A stretch of DNA of 64,000 nt from Bilabrum cf. latius (taxonomy: Eukaryota). The notes beneath the pieces were generated by a model. It did no database searches, was not told the origin of the DNA, and saw only the letters and a program-made list of their open reading frames with translations. This document shows positions 24,239 through 38,500 of this stretch, piece by piece (position 1 is the first letter of the stretch; every line of letters starts with the position of its first letter). The translations under genes and the position numbers were made by a program. The DNA lies in assembly GCA_965178125.1 (NCBI GenBank), contig OZ237758.1, positions 682,001 to 746,000 on the forward strand, given 5' to 3'.

Positions 24239-27200
24239 ATGATGGATGCCGCTGCGCTTCGCCTCGTCAATCTGATGGCATTTACTTTCTTTTTGCTGCT
24301 AGTTGCTGGCGCTGATGCTGACTTGTCTGGGGCAGGATACTCTTTGAATTTACGGGATGGAACTTGGGCATAGGTTTCGCAGTTCAGAGACGCGTCGCTA
24401 CAGTCATTTTCGATAGAGTTTTTTGTCTCTTTATGCCACACTGGACCAACGGTTTCGCAACCGCAGCCTGCTCGAGACAGAAGCAGACAATCAGTTCTAG
24501 CTGAAAAGCGAGATGGTTCAACCGGGGCTGCCTTTGGTGTCGCTCTTGTAGACCCTGCGGCAAGAGCGAGTGCTCAGTTGCAACAATCCAATCGGTCTGC
24601 TGCTTTTCAGCTTGTAGAGAGTGCATCTGATCTTTCTGGCAAATAGTACGGCAAGTATTCCTTACATTCGTACGTCACTCTGCCAGCAAGCCCGAGTGCG
24701 AGCGCCTCCTCAGCAGTGAATACTGCAGAATTTCGATCTGCCCACATTTTTTCGCTTCCTCTGGAGCGAGTTGCAGAGTCCAGGCTGATGCATATCAGCG
24801 TATCAGTAAACCCAATACCAGTTAATGCAAGTGAGAGACACCAGCTCTTGCTGGACCCGTCTGGCAGGAAAGTTCTGGACGAACGGCTGCTCGACCCCTC
24901 AGCAGGAACGTGTGGCGTTCTGGAGCTTGCAGTGAACGGAAAGCCAGCTGCAAGGTAGTTGCTCGATAGGAATCTGTGTGATGCATCGATAGGCTTGCGA
25001 CAAAATGGGATGCATATCACCTCGCTGTCCAATCCGTGGACACTAGGCGCGAAGCTGTCAAAGCAAGCAAACGGGGCGGTAGCTCCCGAGTAGCTGCTTC
25101 AGTGCGCCCGCATAGATGAGTTCAGAGTGTGGGAAGGTAGTCATAGCAATCCGTCTGTATTGCACACTGGTGCCTTTGCCACAACAGCCCACCTGGGTGA
25201 TGCCTTACATCCCGATGTATGGTCGGCACGGCAGGAGGAGGAGGCACATAGGCTGGCTGCGGTCCCTGTCGCCATGCGAACACTGCTGCGCCCATTGCTG
25301 CCGCGGTCTTTCGAACTCAACATGCGTTATTCCAAGCCGTCGTTGTTTGCAATGTCGCTAAGGACGCCCTCCAGATACGTTTTGCCGCTCACTGACCGAA
25401 CCGCGTGGAGGAGGGCATCGGTTGCGACCGGGGCAGGCGTACTGTCAAATTTTGGCAACGCAGACCTGGATGGCAGAGTGAGGAGCTTGTTTCATGATAG
25501 AGAGCTGCAATCGTACCACAGCCGCCCCGTCGGTTTCTGTCCCTCATTGCTGAGTGCCAGAGAGAGAGCCGCGGTGGAGGCCCGCTTCCCGCCTTCCTGC
25601 AGGGTGGGGGATCTGCTGGACGCGTACGGGGCGGCGATGGAAGCTGGACAGCAGGCCATTCTCTCGCTAGACCGAAAGTCTATGCCAGAGAACGACTTAA
25701 TAACAGCCTTTCGAAATGCCGCTTGGGGCGAGTTGGTGCGTCGGTAGAGCCTCCTCGCGGCTCCTCATGCCGCGACACGTCTCGACGTGCATGTGGGCGG
25801 CCTTCGGAATTAGAGCAGCTGCAGCAGCTGCAATGCATCTGTGTACCCAGCTGTGGTCATGAATGTATGCCCATCTCTGCTGGTGGCGCACAGTTTCCCT
25901 GATAGTGTTGGGACACGTGTGCCATCAGATTCCACACCTCTTGCCATGTTGTGGATGCACCCGCACATGGCACTTTGGAGTGAAGACCTCAACAGCACTC
26001 AGCTAGCTCCCGGGGCCAATTTCACGCGTGCTGGATCTATTGGTATTGGTTCACCCTCTGCGTCGACAAGTCGTGATGCTCTATGTGCCAGCAGGTGGGC
26101 GGTCGAGTCATGGGCCCGGCAAACAGATGGCTGGAAACAGAGAGCGGTAGGACTTCAGAACACCGTTTCGTCCTTGCTTGGGGATCCATTGCAAGGAGAA
26201 AGCTCAATTTTTTCGAATTTGACCGGTAGAATAGATTGGTTGAATGCCGCGATCGCTCCTCGATCGACGATTGGGTCCAGGCTACAAGGGTTCCCAACCA
26301 TAGGCAGCTTGGTGCCGAGCACCCGTAGCACCGCAGAGATTCAAAGCGGATTCCACGGAAGCAGTGCAATGCCGCCTCCATTGTACATTCGCGAAGGGGA
26401 TGGAAGCACGCCGGTACTGATTCCTACAACCGGATTAAACAGCGGTGGCCCGCTTGCGTTCAGCACCGTCCCGACCCACGGGATAGCCGCGTTCCACCTC
26501 GGGAGGCAGCACTGGGTGCAGGAAGGCAGCCTCGCTTCGCCGTTGAGGAACAGCTCGCTTGTGACCTCTAACACAGCAGACATTACATCCAAGTACATCG
26601 ATAGGATCATACACCAGCCCATGCAACTAGGAGTGACAAACGAGACGATCGATGGTCTGAGAGACCTCGCGCCGGTGCTTTCGGGGATCGAGACCATGAT
26701 TCCTCTGATTGAGACCCACCTTCGGGGTGTTCCACCGGAGGCGTGGTGCAGGCTGGAAGCGGAGGCGCTGCTCAAAGAGGAGGCAGCAGAGTAGATCCAC
26801 GTTCTTTATCACGACTCTGACATCGAGCTGTTCTATGCGACGTACAGCGAACTGATGGATGCATTCGCACGGGCTGACGAACAGGATCCTAGTGCCACGT
26901 TTCTGAGCGAGGACTTGTCGGCACCTGCATATCTCGAGATCTTCTCTGTCATGATGAGCGACACGGTGACTGCTGAAGGCGACACAACTGGAGTGGGTGA
27001 TGGCACTGCCAGCGGCGATTCCACGGTATCCGAGATGTTCTTCTCTAGCATCGTGGAGGGGCTGGCAGGGCTCAGCGATGTAATTGAATCCCAATCTAGT
27101 ATCACGTGCCGGCGTGCATTATTTGCGGCGACAGATACGGCCATTGACCTATTTCCTGACGTGCTGGATCTGCACTTGGCGAGGTACATGCAAAGCCGTG

Positions 27201-30200
27201 GTCTGCTGCACGCTGTGGGCCACACGCCTGCTGCGCTGCCAATAGGGGTGCAGTTTTTGGTGGCTGTTCGTAGGAACGAGACCGGGTTCATTGCTGCTCG
27301 GCAGGACGATTTCCCATTTTCGCAGATGTCGGGGCTTGCGCTTGCCTCAGAATCTCGGCACCAGGTCTCTGTGCAATACTGCAACTCGAGTATCGCTGGA
27401 GCTTGTGCTCGTAACTTGTCGACGCCGTCTCGGAATATGGCGGGAGGGGCACTTGAGTACCACAGGCCAGTCCATCATCAAATCGTCAGCATTCGTAGGG
27501 ATCCCCCACCCACGCAAGCTGGTCTCAACTCTGCGATGCGCTTCAGCGGCGATGGCTCATTCGTGACGATGCCCCTGTTCAGGATGCTGTCATCTTTCTC
27601 TCTGGACATGTGGCTGATGATGAAATCCACGGATGGAAACACTCACACTTTCGTCTCGAAGCAGGGCTTCTCAGGCCGCGTTGATTTCGCCGTGCGAGTC
27701 ACGAAGTCGGATGCCGTATGCGGTACGGGAGGACAGAGCTGCCTCGTCGCACAGGCGGGTAGCACCTCTGTTACGGTCTGGAAACCTACTTAGGGCGTCG
27801 GAAATGGTGGAATGCTGCCTGGCTAGCGGATGTTTGTTGCCATCGGTGTCGATGCGCTTTAGATGGTCGATGGGCAGAGGCTAGACATCGGTGCTGTCCT
27901 GCAGGACCGGGGCTGCAAGTAGGTGCAGCACCATGTGCACCCAGACACGATGTCTCGCGCTGCAGCTGGCGCAGAGGTTATCATCGTGAAAGTGATCATG
28001 AATGGAGACCTATTTGCATGCGCAGCACTGCCATTTGCCGAACCCGGTGGTGAGCTGTTTGCGGAGCGCGTATCTGTCGGGCTTCCGTGGGTGCTCGGGG
28101 CAGAGCTTGATGAGGTGACACTTAAGCCAGTGGCGTGCATCCGGGGTGAGATAGACGAGCCCAGATTTTACACTGGTATCGTCACTGAAGAATATTCGCG
28201 TCTTCGAATGCGCGGAGCATTCGTATATGACTCCATTATCTGGAATCCACTGTTGTTTGCGGTGCGCGGAAGGGGCGACAGTGACAATGAGCATCTTGGC
28301 AACCTGACTTCTGGTTCGGTTGGGCAGGGTTCTGCTGGCAGCTTCCATGATTCGTCTAGGCCACAGGATCCGTGGGCAGAAGACAGGGTCCCTTTGCAAC
28401 TACTGGGCCATGTACAGGCTGACAATGCCCCGCGCAAACTGGGCGAGCCGGAGCAGCAGTTGCTCCAAGCCGCACTCTTGTTCAAGTGCAGTGGTCCCGC
28501 CACGTGCGTACATGCTGGTGGTAGCGGAGACGATGACTTGGTTCACACGCCATTTCAGAGGTCCCTGCGTGGGACCACGAAGTATCTGCGAAATTCGACC
28601 TTGAACGAGTCAGCACTGCCCCGACCTCGTAGCGTCAGAATTGAGGAGGGTCTGACCGTCGCAATTGCAGAAACGTGGCTACCTGCCGATGGAAGTATGG
28701 CTTCAGATGCCTATTTGACCACTAGACACGTTGTATTGGGCCATTAGCTTGATGACGATCGGCCCATTGGGTTGGACATGAGTTCAGTTCCAGCCGTTGA
28801 TGGTATTATCGACAGCGATGACCCGCAGGCATCATCGAAAGACAGTGTCAACTATGATGCAGTCAAGTAGTTCATAGAGGCCGATACAGCTGCCTTTCGA
28901 GTGGTCGCATCTGCGACGAATTGGGGCTTGGAGCTGCTCCGACCAGTTGGACCGCAAGGGATCAAGGAGAGATTGGACCGCGTTCGAGGGTCCAGGGGTA
29001 GCGAGAACTCCCAACTGTTTTAGCCATCATTTCTGACCGCAGCAGTGAATCAACCGCAATGGATGCTCTTTGAGCTCACTGGCGGGCTACACAACGTCGA
29101 TCTTGTTCCGAGCAATTTCCCAAGACAGCACCCAACATAGGCAACCATTCAGGTTCCGGCCAACAAGACAACTAGGTTGTGCCTTTCGGCTAGCTCAAGC
29201 GGCATAACAAACCAGGTCTGGCTCGGCCTTGACCCGACACAGGAAGTGCGCATCATCGGCGGCTTGGCCTTGGGACAAAGCGGAACGCAGCCTCGGAGTG
29301 GCGGGCCCTATGACTTCTAGCAGTTGTACGATTCTCTTGCTGCTCGGTAGCCGATGGCGAATTCGACCGGGCAACTCAGACTCTAGCCGGTCAAGGAAGT
29401 GCTGGAGCGGGTTTCAGGTGCGATTCTGTCTTGGCAATTTGATAGCATCGGCTCCGACGTGCTTGGGGCGCTATACGATGAGTAGCAAGATGTCATTGAC
29501 CAGCAGTCTGGTTAGCTAGAGATCATTTCCCTTGCTCAACCTGATCTGGGATCGGCTTCGGCAATCTTGGATTCAAAAGGCTTGTGGGCGTCTTTCTTTG
29601 GCTACCCTACAAGCATGCGAACATGTATAGACTACAGTGCCCCGCCCCTTGCGCAGGCAAGGGAGCAGGGGTATGTGGATGGACTTCTCGATGTCATTTA
29701 GTACGCAGTTGAAGATCCTTTCTGCGCTGATCAAAGGTTGTCCACTGGTATTCCGTGCGACTTCAGTACCGATGAGAGCTAGCGAAGGACAGTGGTCGGT
29801 GTTGACATCCTGGACACGTGTCCCCATCCGCTATCCGCTGTTGCATATGGCCCAAGTGGGACTTCCGGCCTAACGGTAGGCGATACAATAACGATTGAGT
29901 TCTCAGATGCCACGGATATGCCAGTTCTCTAGAAACAGATTGACACTGGCGGGGCTATAGCGGGGAGTGGGCTGGACACCCGCGTCTTGAGGTTCGACCC
30001 GCCACTACCAGGCTAGCAAGCAGCGACGTGGGTGTCGCCAACTCGGCTCGAAGTGGTCTTCACGAGCGTATCTCTCGTCGATTCTGGACCGCCGGTGATC
30101 CTTGGAGATGACGGCGGGGAGATCCACCAGTCGACAGGGCAGCAGAATGGATTTAGTCCCACGGATGGCGATGATGGATTGCTGCGATCGCCAGCACTCG

Positions 30201-33200
30201 ACGGAAGTCAAACTCTCACGATCCGTGGTGGGGTTGCGTTTCGGCAAAGGCAGTGCATTGCTCAGTCAGTCACCATTCCACTGACCGGTACATGGTCGGA
30301 GGAGCTATCGAATCAGATCCCTTGGCTGATTGTAATTCTTTCGTGCCTCGCTTTCATCGTCCTGTGTGTTGCTGTTTCTGCGCTGATAGTGTTCTGGATT
30401 AGTGAACGGGAGCGTGCAGCAGCTGAGCTGCAGACAGCCAAGGACATGGCTTCGTTTGAGCACGAGCAGAATGAGAGGCACGTGACCCGCACGCGGTACG
30501 TCCTGCACGAGCTCAAGCAGCCCTTCGCCTCCGTGGTCATGGGCCTGGACCAGATGGACGAGACTCTGGTGGAGATTTAGGAGAAGCTTGGGCCTATCGG
30601 CAACGGCGGCAAGCAAGCCGTTGATCCAGCTTTCCTCGAGGACGCTCGTGAGGAGATGGAGTCCACTGTGCGCATCATGCGGTCCAGCAGCGTGGCGATG
30701 CACCACATCATCACGGACGTGTTGCTGATGGCTCAGATCGAGGCGCAGGGTCTGCAGCTGAAGATGAGGCCTTGCACCATCGCATCGGCAGTGAGGGGTG
30801 CTCTTATCACGGTGATCCACCAGGCCGAGGAGAGCGGCGTGCAGATGCAGCTGCAGTTCTTCGATTGCAGAGAAGAAACGCACCGTGCGTAGTCTGTGCA
30901 GAAGCAAATGTCGATGCTGCAGGCTGGTGAGCTTCACCCGGACGCTCAGAAATTCATTCAAGCAACTCCAACAAGCCGAGCGATGGTGCTTGGAACCAAG
31001 CAGTTTAGGCGCATTGCGTCGACTAGAAGGCCGTCCTAGCAGCTGTCTACCGATGCCAAAGCAGCCGGTCAGGCTGGCGTAGCTGCGGCGTCCTATGCCG
31101 TTGCGGGCCGACGCGGCAGCGATGCACATCACGTGGCAGTGCTGGCGCAGGGCGGCAGGATGGGTGACCCGGGGGCGCAGGGGGGCTTTTCAGACGGGGA
31201 TGAGTCAGACTCCAGTGACGTGGTAATTGAGGATGGTGCTGCTGGAAACCATAGCAGGCATGGCAGGCAAGCCCCGAACGGCTCGGCCAAGGTTGCGCCA
31301 GAGGCCAAGAAGATGCATGACCCAGGCTCCAGGAGACAGTTCGATTTCGATGCTGACGCGGTGGCTGTCGCAGAAGGCACGTCCGACACAGATGACAGTT
31401 CCGATTTCAGAAACATGGACCAGGTTGATGAGGGCAAAGCAGCATACGATGACGATGGACTGCAGGCCCTGGAGGAAGTGCCGCCCGTGGTGGCCGACAC
31501 GCAGAGGCTGGCGCAGTGCGTGAGGAACTACCTGGCCAATGCCATCCGATTTGCGCGCGAGGGTTCATGCATCGACGTGCAGGTGGCGGTGCTGCGGCCA
31601 GTGCAGGCAATCCGTCTTGCCAAGCGCGCCCCTCGGTCACTGGACACGAGCAGGAGGCCACCGGACCCGCCGCTGAGGATCACGTTCCCGCCTGGTCACA
31701 CCTTTGACACATCGTCTAGTGCCAGCAACAGCAGCACCAGGAGACGACAGCGCACAGTCGACCCCGAAACGAAGAAGGTGGTCGCACCGACGGGGATGTT
31801 CGTCTCAAGCAGGCTTAGCTCACGGCGACTGGGCAAGAAGAGGAGGCAGAGGCGCTGGTCTGTGGCAGCTGTGGTGATCGACGGCAGCAGCCTGCAGCAG
31901 GGTACCACGTAGGGTGGGGGCCTTGACGACGTACATGCGACTGAGGTGGAGAACGCTGGTTCTGGGGGTCGAGTCACAGGCAGTGACCAGCAGCTGACGG
32001 GTTCGTATCAGAGCGACATCATGCAGGCTGGGCTGCCCGCGCAGCAAGGCAGTACGCACAGCAGCAACAGGGATCTGCTTAGACAAGGCGCTCAGCAGCA
32101 AGGTTCCCTTGCATCTGAGGGATTCGGCAGTGGTATCTGGAACGGTGCCCAAAATAGCAGAGACAGCGGGCCGGCAGGGGTCCCTCGACCGTCAGAACAC
32201 TCCACTGACGCCACTATGCGAGCACTGGCTGTGCAAGGATCTTCCAAGGGCTCGCAATCCTCCTCATAGAGGCCACGCCGCCACTCCATTGCTGCCGTGC
32301 GTGGTGTTTCCGCACTGCATGCCAGCACTGGCAGTAGCGACTCTGAGGGTTCGCGAGCTGATGGGTCTTAGGGTGCCACGACTGCGGCAGGCTCCACGCA
32401 ACGCAAGGGGCTCAGACGCCCCCCGCGTCTGGCAGAATTGGCCATGGCAGATAACAACAGAGAAGAAAGCACTAGAATGCAGAGGCAGACTGACCTGGGC
32501 ATCTTCCAGCCCCTGCCCTCAGACACGTATCGCCCGACGACGGAGGGCGGCAAGAGGCCCATTCGTGTGCTGGAGGACACCGGTTGGTTCTTCCACGAGA
32601 GGCTGGAGCGAGATCCAGAGCAGGGCAAGAAGCGCAGGCTAAGCGCAGTTTCACACCACCACGACAAGCAGGGCGGGTCAACACGCGGCATCTTGCGAAA
32701 TTCGCGGCGGTCTCTCGTCGTCGACAACAGCGAAGACGCAAGGGCTGAGACGAGTGCGAGCGGAGTAGCTTCCCGCTAGAAACAACCGGACACGCCACCA
32801 GGTCCCCGTATTCAGTTCCGGCCGCCGTCTCACGAAGACCTGCCAGATGATGACCCGCCTTGCGCTGCCGTCACAGAGTGTTGCTATTCGTGTGGTGACT
32901 GGTGGTACTGGCTTTGCAACTGCTGCAGCTCAGTGGTCGATGACGAATATGGAGAAGACGACGGGAAACAGGGCAGCAGCGGTCAGAACGAGAGGATGGA
33001 CAGCTCGGGGAGCGCTGCATCTGATTCGAGCAGCGTTGCATCGAGCACGACCGATGGAGCAGTAGCAGCCGCACCCTCTTCGGGAGGTGCTTCAGTCGCG
33101 GGAGGCAGCGATGACTCTTCTGGCGGCGATGACCTCAGGGATGTTTCATTTTGCGAGTACGTCTTCTGTTGCAAGAGACAGGACACTTCCGAGATAGCAA

Positions 33201-35221
33201 GACGAGAGGCTGAGAAGCACGTGCGCTAGCTGGAGAAAGAAGCAGCGTCGCAACGGCCCGATCAGGTGTCTGCCAACACTACGGTAATCAAGCACTTGTC
33301 AGCTGTCAGCCCCACGATCCGAGCTCGTCTGAATGCGCGCACCGCGAAAGCACAATTCAAGAAAGATTCAAGCAATACCAAGAGATCCTGCAGACTGGAG
33401 AAGCGCCTGCCCATCCTCATCCGGGTCATCGACCAAGGGCCAGGGGTGTCGAAGTCGGACTCCAAGAAGCTCTTCCAGCCGTTCCAGCAAGTCAATGCAG
33501 CGGCTGACAAGAAGCAGGGTGGCACTGGGCTGGGCCTAGCGCTGGTGCGGTACTTGGCGCGAGAGCACAAGGGCATTGCGTGGCTGGAGTGGAGCCGGGA
33601 GGGTAAGGGCAGCTGCTTCAGCTTGCTGCTTCCTCTAGAGTAGGCAGCTGAGCTGCCTGAGGAGGAGGATCTAGCCAGCGGCGGGCAGCAACCTGACAAG
33701 CTGTTTGGGGTAAGGAAGAGGTCGAACCCCTCGGCGCGACAGGGCAAGTCCAAGTCTCAAGAGTAGTACGGTAAGCTCGGCATCACGTCGGTGGATGCGT
33801 CCGTTTACGGCCTGAAATCGAAGAGGAGGGAGAAGAGGGAGAAGGCGAAGAGAGGGAGCAACAGGAGGATCGACGAACAGGAAGCACACCCGTCTCCTAA
33901 CCGCACTGATAGCTATGACAGAACACTAAAGGGGGTGTCGCGCGTCATTGTGGTGGACCGCACCGGCAATGGCAAGTTTATGCAGTCATCAAGGGCACTG
34001 CAGGCGGATGCTAGGAGCACAGGCAGCAGGCGCAGCCACAGAAAGAGTAGCTCTGTGCATGAAGTTACCGGCAGTGGAAGTCGACCAAGAGCTGCGTCGA
34101 TCGGTCTGAAAGAAACAGCCCCGGGCATGGTTGCTGGGGACTCCATGGGTGCAGATGGTACCGCCATCAATGCAACAAATGAAGGGGGTGACGATGGAGA
34201 CGCGGTCGTGCGCGAGCTTGAGTCGTCGAGCAAGTCGGGCGGAGACACCGAACCTGCGGTGAACACTGCAGGTGTTTCAGAGGGCGCTCGATCGAGGACT
34301 GTGCACACTAACGACACGGCGTCATCTGATTCGTCGAGCGGGGGCAGGAACCGACTACATGAGCGGGGCAGCACTGGCCGCCGCCGGAGCAAGGGCAGTG
34401 GAGGGACTGGCAACGGCTCTAAAAAGCGGCGGCCAATTCTGCCAGTAGGACCGGCGGATGAGAGCCGTGGATTGGCAGTTCCCTCCAGGCTGCCTGCACT
34501 GCCAGGGGCTCTGTTGGACGGCAACGGTGATGGCACCGCTGGTGATGACGACGTGCTTCCCAGCGGCATGAGAGGGAGTGATGGAGATGGAGAGGCACGT
34601 GGATCCTCATCCGCCTCTGGTATAAACTCAACGAGCAGCGTGATCAAGTCCACCACGACAGGCACGGCAGGCGAAGGCGACGGCGACGGCACCTCGCCCT
34701 CCTCCGCTCTGATGGGGTCATCCCCATCGGGAGCCGCAGCCAAGCGCAGCTTGCAGACCCAGGATGGTCCTCAGGTGCTCGTGATTGAAGACGACCGCTC
34801 GATCGCGAAGGCGCTGTCAAAGCAGCTGAGGAAGAAGGGGTACAGGTGCGCTGTGGCAGGGACCCTCGCGGATGCTGTGGCGTTCGTTGAGGGGCTCGCC
34901 AAGGAGAGGGGCGGAAAGGGCTCTGCAGACGCAGCTCAAGGGGGGTCTGGAGCCAGCATAAGGTCCGGAGACAGCCTAGTCGCACTCGTCACATGCGATC
35001 TCAACCTACCGGACGGGCAGGGGCCCTCGGCGGTGCTGCGCATTCGAGACATTTGCACTGGTTGTGGATGCACTCCCCCGGTTGTGGTCGGAATTACTGG
35101 CGCGGCTTCTCCTGAGGAATTGAAGGCGTTCAGGGATGTCGGGATATCTGATATCTGCATGAAGGGTGACCCCACCAAAGGCAAGCTAGTGGACCAGGTC
35201 TTGCGTTGCTTCCCGGGATGA
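24239..35221 (+). CDS. Giant membrane hybrid histidine kinase HK1 (signal peptide, LamG-like ectodomain, 1 TM, HisKA, split HATPase, receiver), 3660 aa with TAG=Gln
   Basis: Twelve-plus track ORFs from 24716 to 33791 are in one frame; the gaps I translated contain only TAG. H-box YVLHELKQPF (His 30506); N-box DTQRLAQCVRNYLANAIRF; G1 DQGPG; F LFQPFQQV; G2 GGTGLGLAL; receiver VLVIEDD...VTCDLNLP...CMKG. TGA 35219-35221. Confidence 0.88.
25516..25647 (+). repeat. About 130-160 bp near-identical block shared by the HK1, HK2 and HK3 ectodomains (other copies about 36914-37073 and 47121-47280)
   Basis: gccgccccgtcggtttctgtccct.attgctgagtgccagagagagagccgcggtggaggcccg.ttcccgcct... recurs with most synonymous sites identical, while flanking DNA is highly diverged. 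Confidence 0.9.
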
Positions 35222-35567
35222 AGCGGCGATTTTTGTGCGTGAGTGTGCACCGCATATAGTGTTTATTTGTTTTAGCAGCTCTAGCACGAATTGAGGCCAA
35301 GAATGTAAATGTCTGCACACCTAAGCCACTGTTTCCTCAAGCACAATTAGGTTCCGCTGGGACTGCGCGGCGAACAGCTATTGCGACCAGTTGCGACCAG
35401 AATTCAGCCGCCCGATCAGCAACAGTGGAAACACATTCTGCGATTCCAGCAGACCCAAGGCGACATTATAAGCCTTCGATAGGGCTTACTTCATCAATCT
35501 TACGTTAAACGTTCGATCCCTTGCGTTGCTCCTCGGGGGCTGACGTACATAAGGGTTCGAAACAGCC

Positions 35568-38500
35568 ATGTGCGAGTAGTGTCGTGGGCGGGCAGCTTTG
35601 GTCGTATATGTCGCTGTTCTAGCTTCGATAGTCGCATCACATGAATCTATGCATCAGCAAGCATATCTCGGTGGTCAGGACTACGCCCTCAGACTAGAAG
35701 GTGGCAAGTGGGGACGGTTCTACGAGCCAACACTTGATAGCGCAGCGGATATCGGGCTAGAATCGTGGGTGTCTGTGTGTTCACTTGGCATCATTGAGTA
35801 TTTTCACGAGTTGTAGAGTGGCCCAGCACACATTCAGATGCTCGCCTAGCGCCAAGTGCAAGGCTCTGGGCAGGAGTGGGGCGTGATGCTCGTTGCACGG
35901 GCCCAGGGCAGCACCAGCTTCGCAGCAGGTGCATTTGCGCAAAATTTTGAGCTTCTGACGCACGACATTTAGAGCGATTTGAGCGGGTCAGATTCAGGTG
36001 ACTTGAGAGTGCGGGTGGAAGTCTACATCGGCGCATAGGGTTTGCTTGGCCAGAATACGAGCCAGGCCTCCCATCGAGGCACGTTTGTGGTTGCCGAAAC
36101 CCTGCCACTGGAACAGGTCACCTAGCATAGGCAATTCCATGTTGCCATTGGCATGCGCAGACTTCCGCTTGGTGCCACTGAACTGCAACAGCTGCGAAAA
36201 TCCCCGCTAGGCGAGATTGTGTTTGCTGAAGATGTGCTCGAGTCATGCGCATGCCTTGAGATTGCCGTGAACGGGATCCCAGCGGCAAGGACCTTTCTAT
36301 CTACGTTACAGTGCATGCAGCTTGGTCTCCATGGGCGCACCCAGGGTAGCGAAGATTCGCTGTCCTCACTCCCGTCGGGAGTAGGTGCCTCATGGACAAT
36401 CGGGAGCGGCCAGCACCGAGGGGGAGAGGGTGCATCCACATCGAGCATCGGCCAGCAAACCGGATCACTGTCTGCAGCGTCGCATTTCCTTGAGTGCGGA
36501 ATCGTTGACGAGTTCAGGGTGTGGAAGAACTTTCGACAGGCTCCAGGCGAGCTGTACACTGGTTGCCTGCAGTCCACAGCCAGGCTGGCAGACTCCCTGC
36601 ATCCAGCGGTCGCTGAGATGCTGGCAGTAGAGGAGAGCATGCGAATAGCATCAATCCCAGACATTCTCCGGGCCGTGACGCGACCAGTTACTCCCAGAAG
36701 CCGCCAGCTGAATTCTGCTCGAGCGACGCCACCCATGCTGGGCTACCCGCTTCGGTCCCCTTCGCGGTTTGTGCTGCCTTCTGCGGATCTATCCGTATGG
36801 TCTAGGGTGATGATGCAGTAGAATGCGCCCCCAATGATTGGTAGGCTGTTCTCTCGCGACGATATGCATGCTAGACTTGCTGAGCTGACCTCGGGATCGG
36901 GTGTGCAAGGCATCCACGGCCGCCCCGTCGGTTTCTGTCCCTTATTGCTGAGTGCCAGAGAGAGAGCCGCGGTGGAGGCCCGATTCCCGCCTGCTTGCAG
37001 GGTGGGGGATCTGCTGGACGCGTACGGGGCGGCGATGGAAGCTGGCAGGCTGGCTGTGACAGAGGGCGGGGATACACAGTCGTTTCTGTCCGCAGCACTT
37101 GGTTCCTTTGCCGCTCACACCAGCGATGGAACCCAGACGATCGGGAGCAATTTTCTCGTAGATGCGGTTGATCTCAGGATAAGCTTGCCCGGGAATGGAC
37201 CGGTCAATGCAACCCTGGCGATTGTAAACGTGTGCCCTGACCTCCTCTCTGGGTTCAGCTTCTCGCAAGGGGTTGGCGACGTGATGCGCTCAGATGCACT
37301 GCCGCTCGCTGGCGTGTGGCTGCACCCCTTCGCCGCTAATCCGAATGGATCATTTAATGCAAGCAGCATCCTTGGTATTGGGATGGACCAGCAACGGTCG
37401 CTGCAGGCCGCATTGTGCGCCAGTGCCGTCGTACAGGATGACTGGAGGCCCAGCCCCAGGGGCTCTTCTCTTGCACGAGCCAGCACGGGCGCGCTGGGTT
37501 CTTCGGGTTCGAATCCTGGGATTGAGGCGGTACTGCAAGCAAGGCTATCCAACGCTTCTGTCATTGCGGTATCGTTTCGACCTGAGGTGGTGCTATCTGG
37601 CGCAGGGCTCAGAACCAGATGGGTCCTTCGGTAGCGGTTTGCACTCAACTCAACCAGGCCGCAATACACTGCAGCTGCACCCGTGGGACCGCCCATGCGT
37701 CTATTTGGGTTCACGACGGGCTCCGATCACATCGCTAATGCACTGATTTCATCACCTTTCCCCGGTAGCCAAGGGGTTGCAGTTGCGCCGCCAGCTCACC
37801 ATAGCGGTCTAGGTTTGGCAGATCTGTTTTATGGCACTAGGCTGCAACCAACGTTACGACGCAACGCTTCAGAGGCGTCGCTACCGACCGTTATGGAGGC
37901 TATGCTTTCAATGTCAGATTCGATGCAGCCGTTTCGTGCCCCAGTGACAAGCCGGCTTATCGTCGCCTTGCTGGGCATATCCGGGATGTCAAGCGATGTG
38001 TAGAGATTTACGGAATTCGCGACACACGGGGCACCTATGCAGACCGCTTGTTTATTTGCATGGGCAAAGGAGCAGCAGCGACTCATCGACGAGAACTCTC
38101 CTTCAAAGATGGCACGCCAGCACGTGCTCGCAGGAGCGCTGCCAGAGGGACACAAGCTGTACTCCATTAGTTTGAGCGACCTAGCCGACCGATTGGCTCA
38201 ATCAGGCGGCAGCGTGCCGGAGCTTTCAGGACTTCCAACCGCTTACTCATACGTGCTCGATTCCATGTATTCATTGACTGTATCGTCCAGGAGGTTCTGG
38301 ACAGGCGATGTGCCCGAGACAGGCGGTGAGCCCGGTCTCCCTGCAGTTGCGCAGGTGGGTCGCATCGGTCAGTCGCTCGCCGCAAGGTCGTGCGCTGATG
38401 TGCTCTACCGTACGTCGAGCACGCTGCCGAAGTCGGCTCATGATGAAGTGTCGATTTCAAGAGCCCTGAGGTGGGGAATCAGCCAAGGCCTGGCCGAGGA

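Noticed and set aside
30460-35221. Bacterial contamination or a prokaryotic two-component operon
   Set aside because: The kinases are contiguous with intron-containing eukaryotic genes, share their TAG usage and have long eukaryote-style low-complexity linkers.
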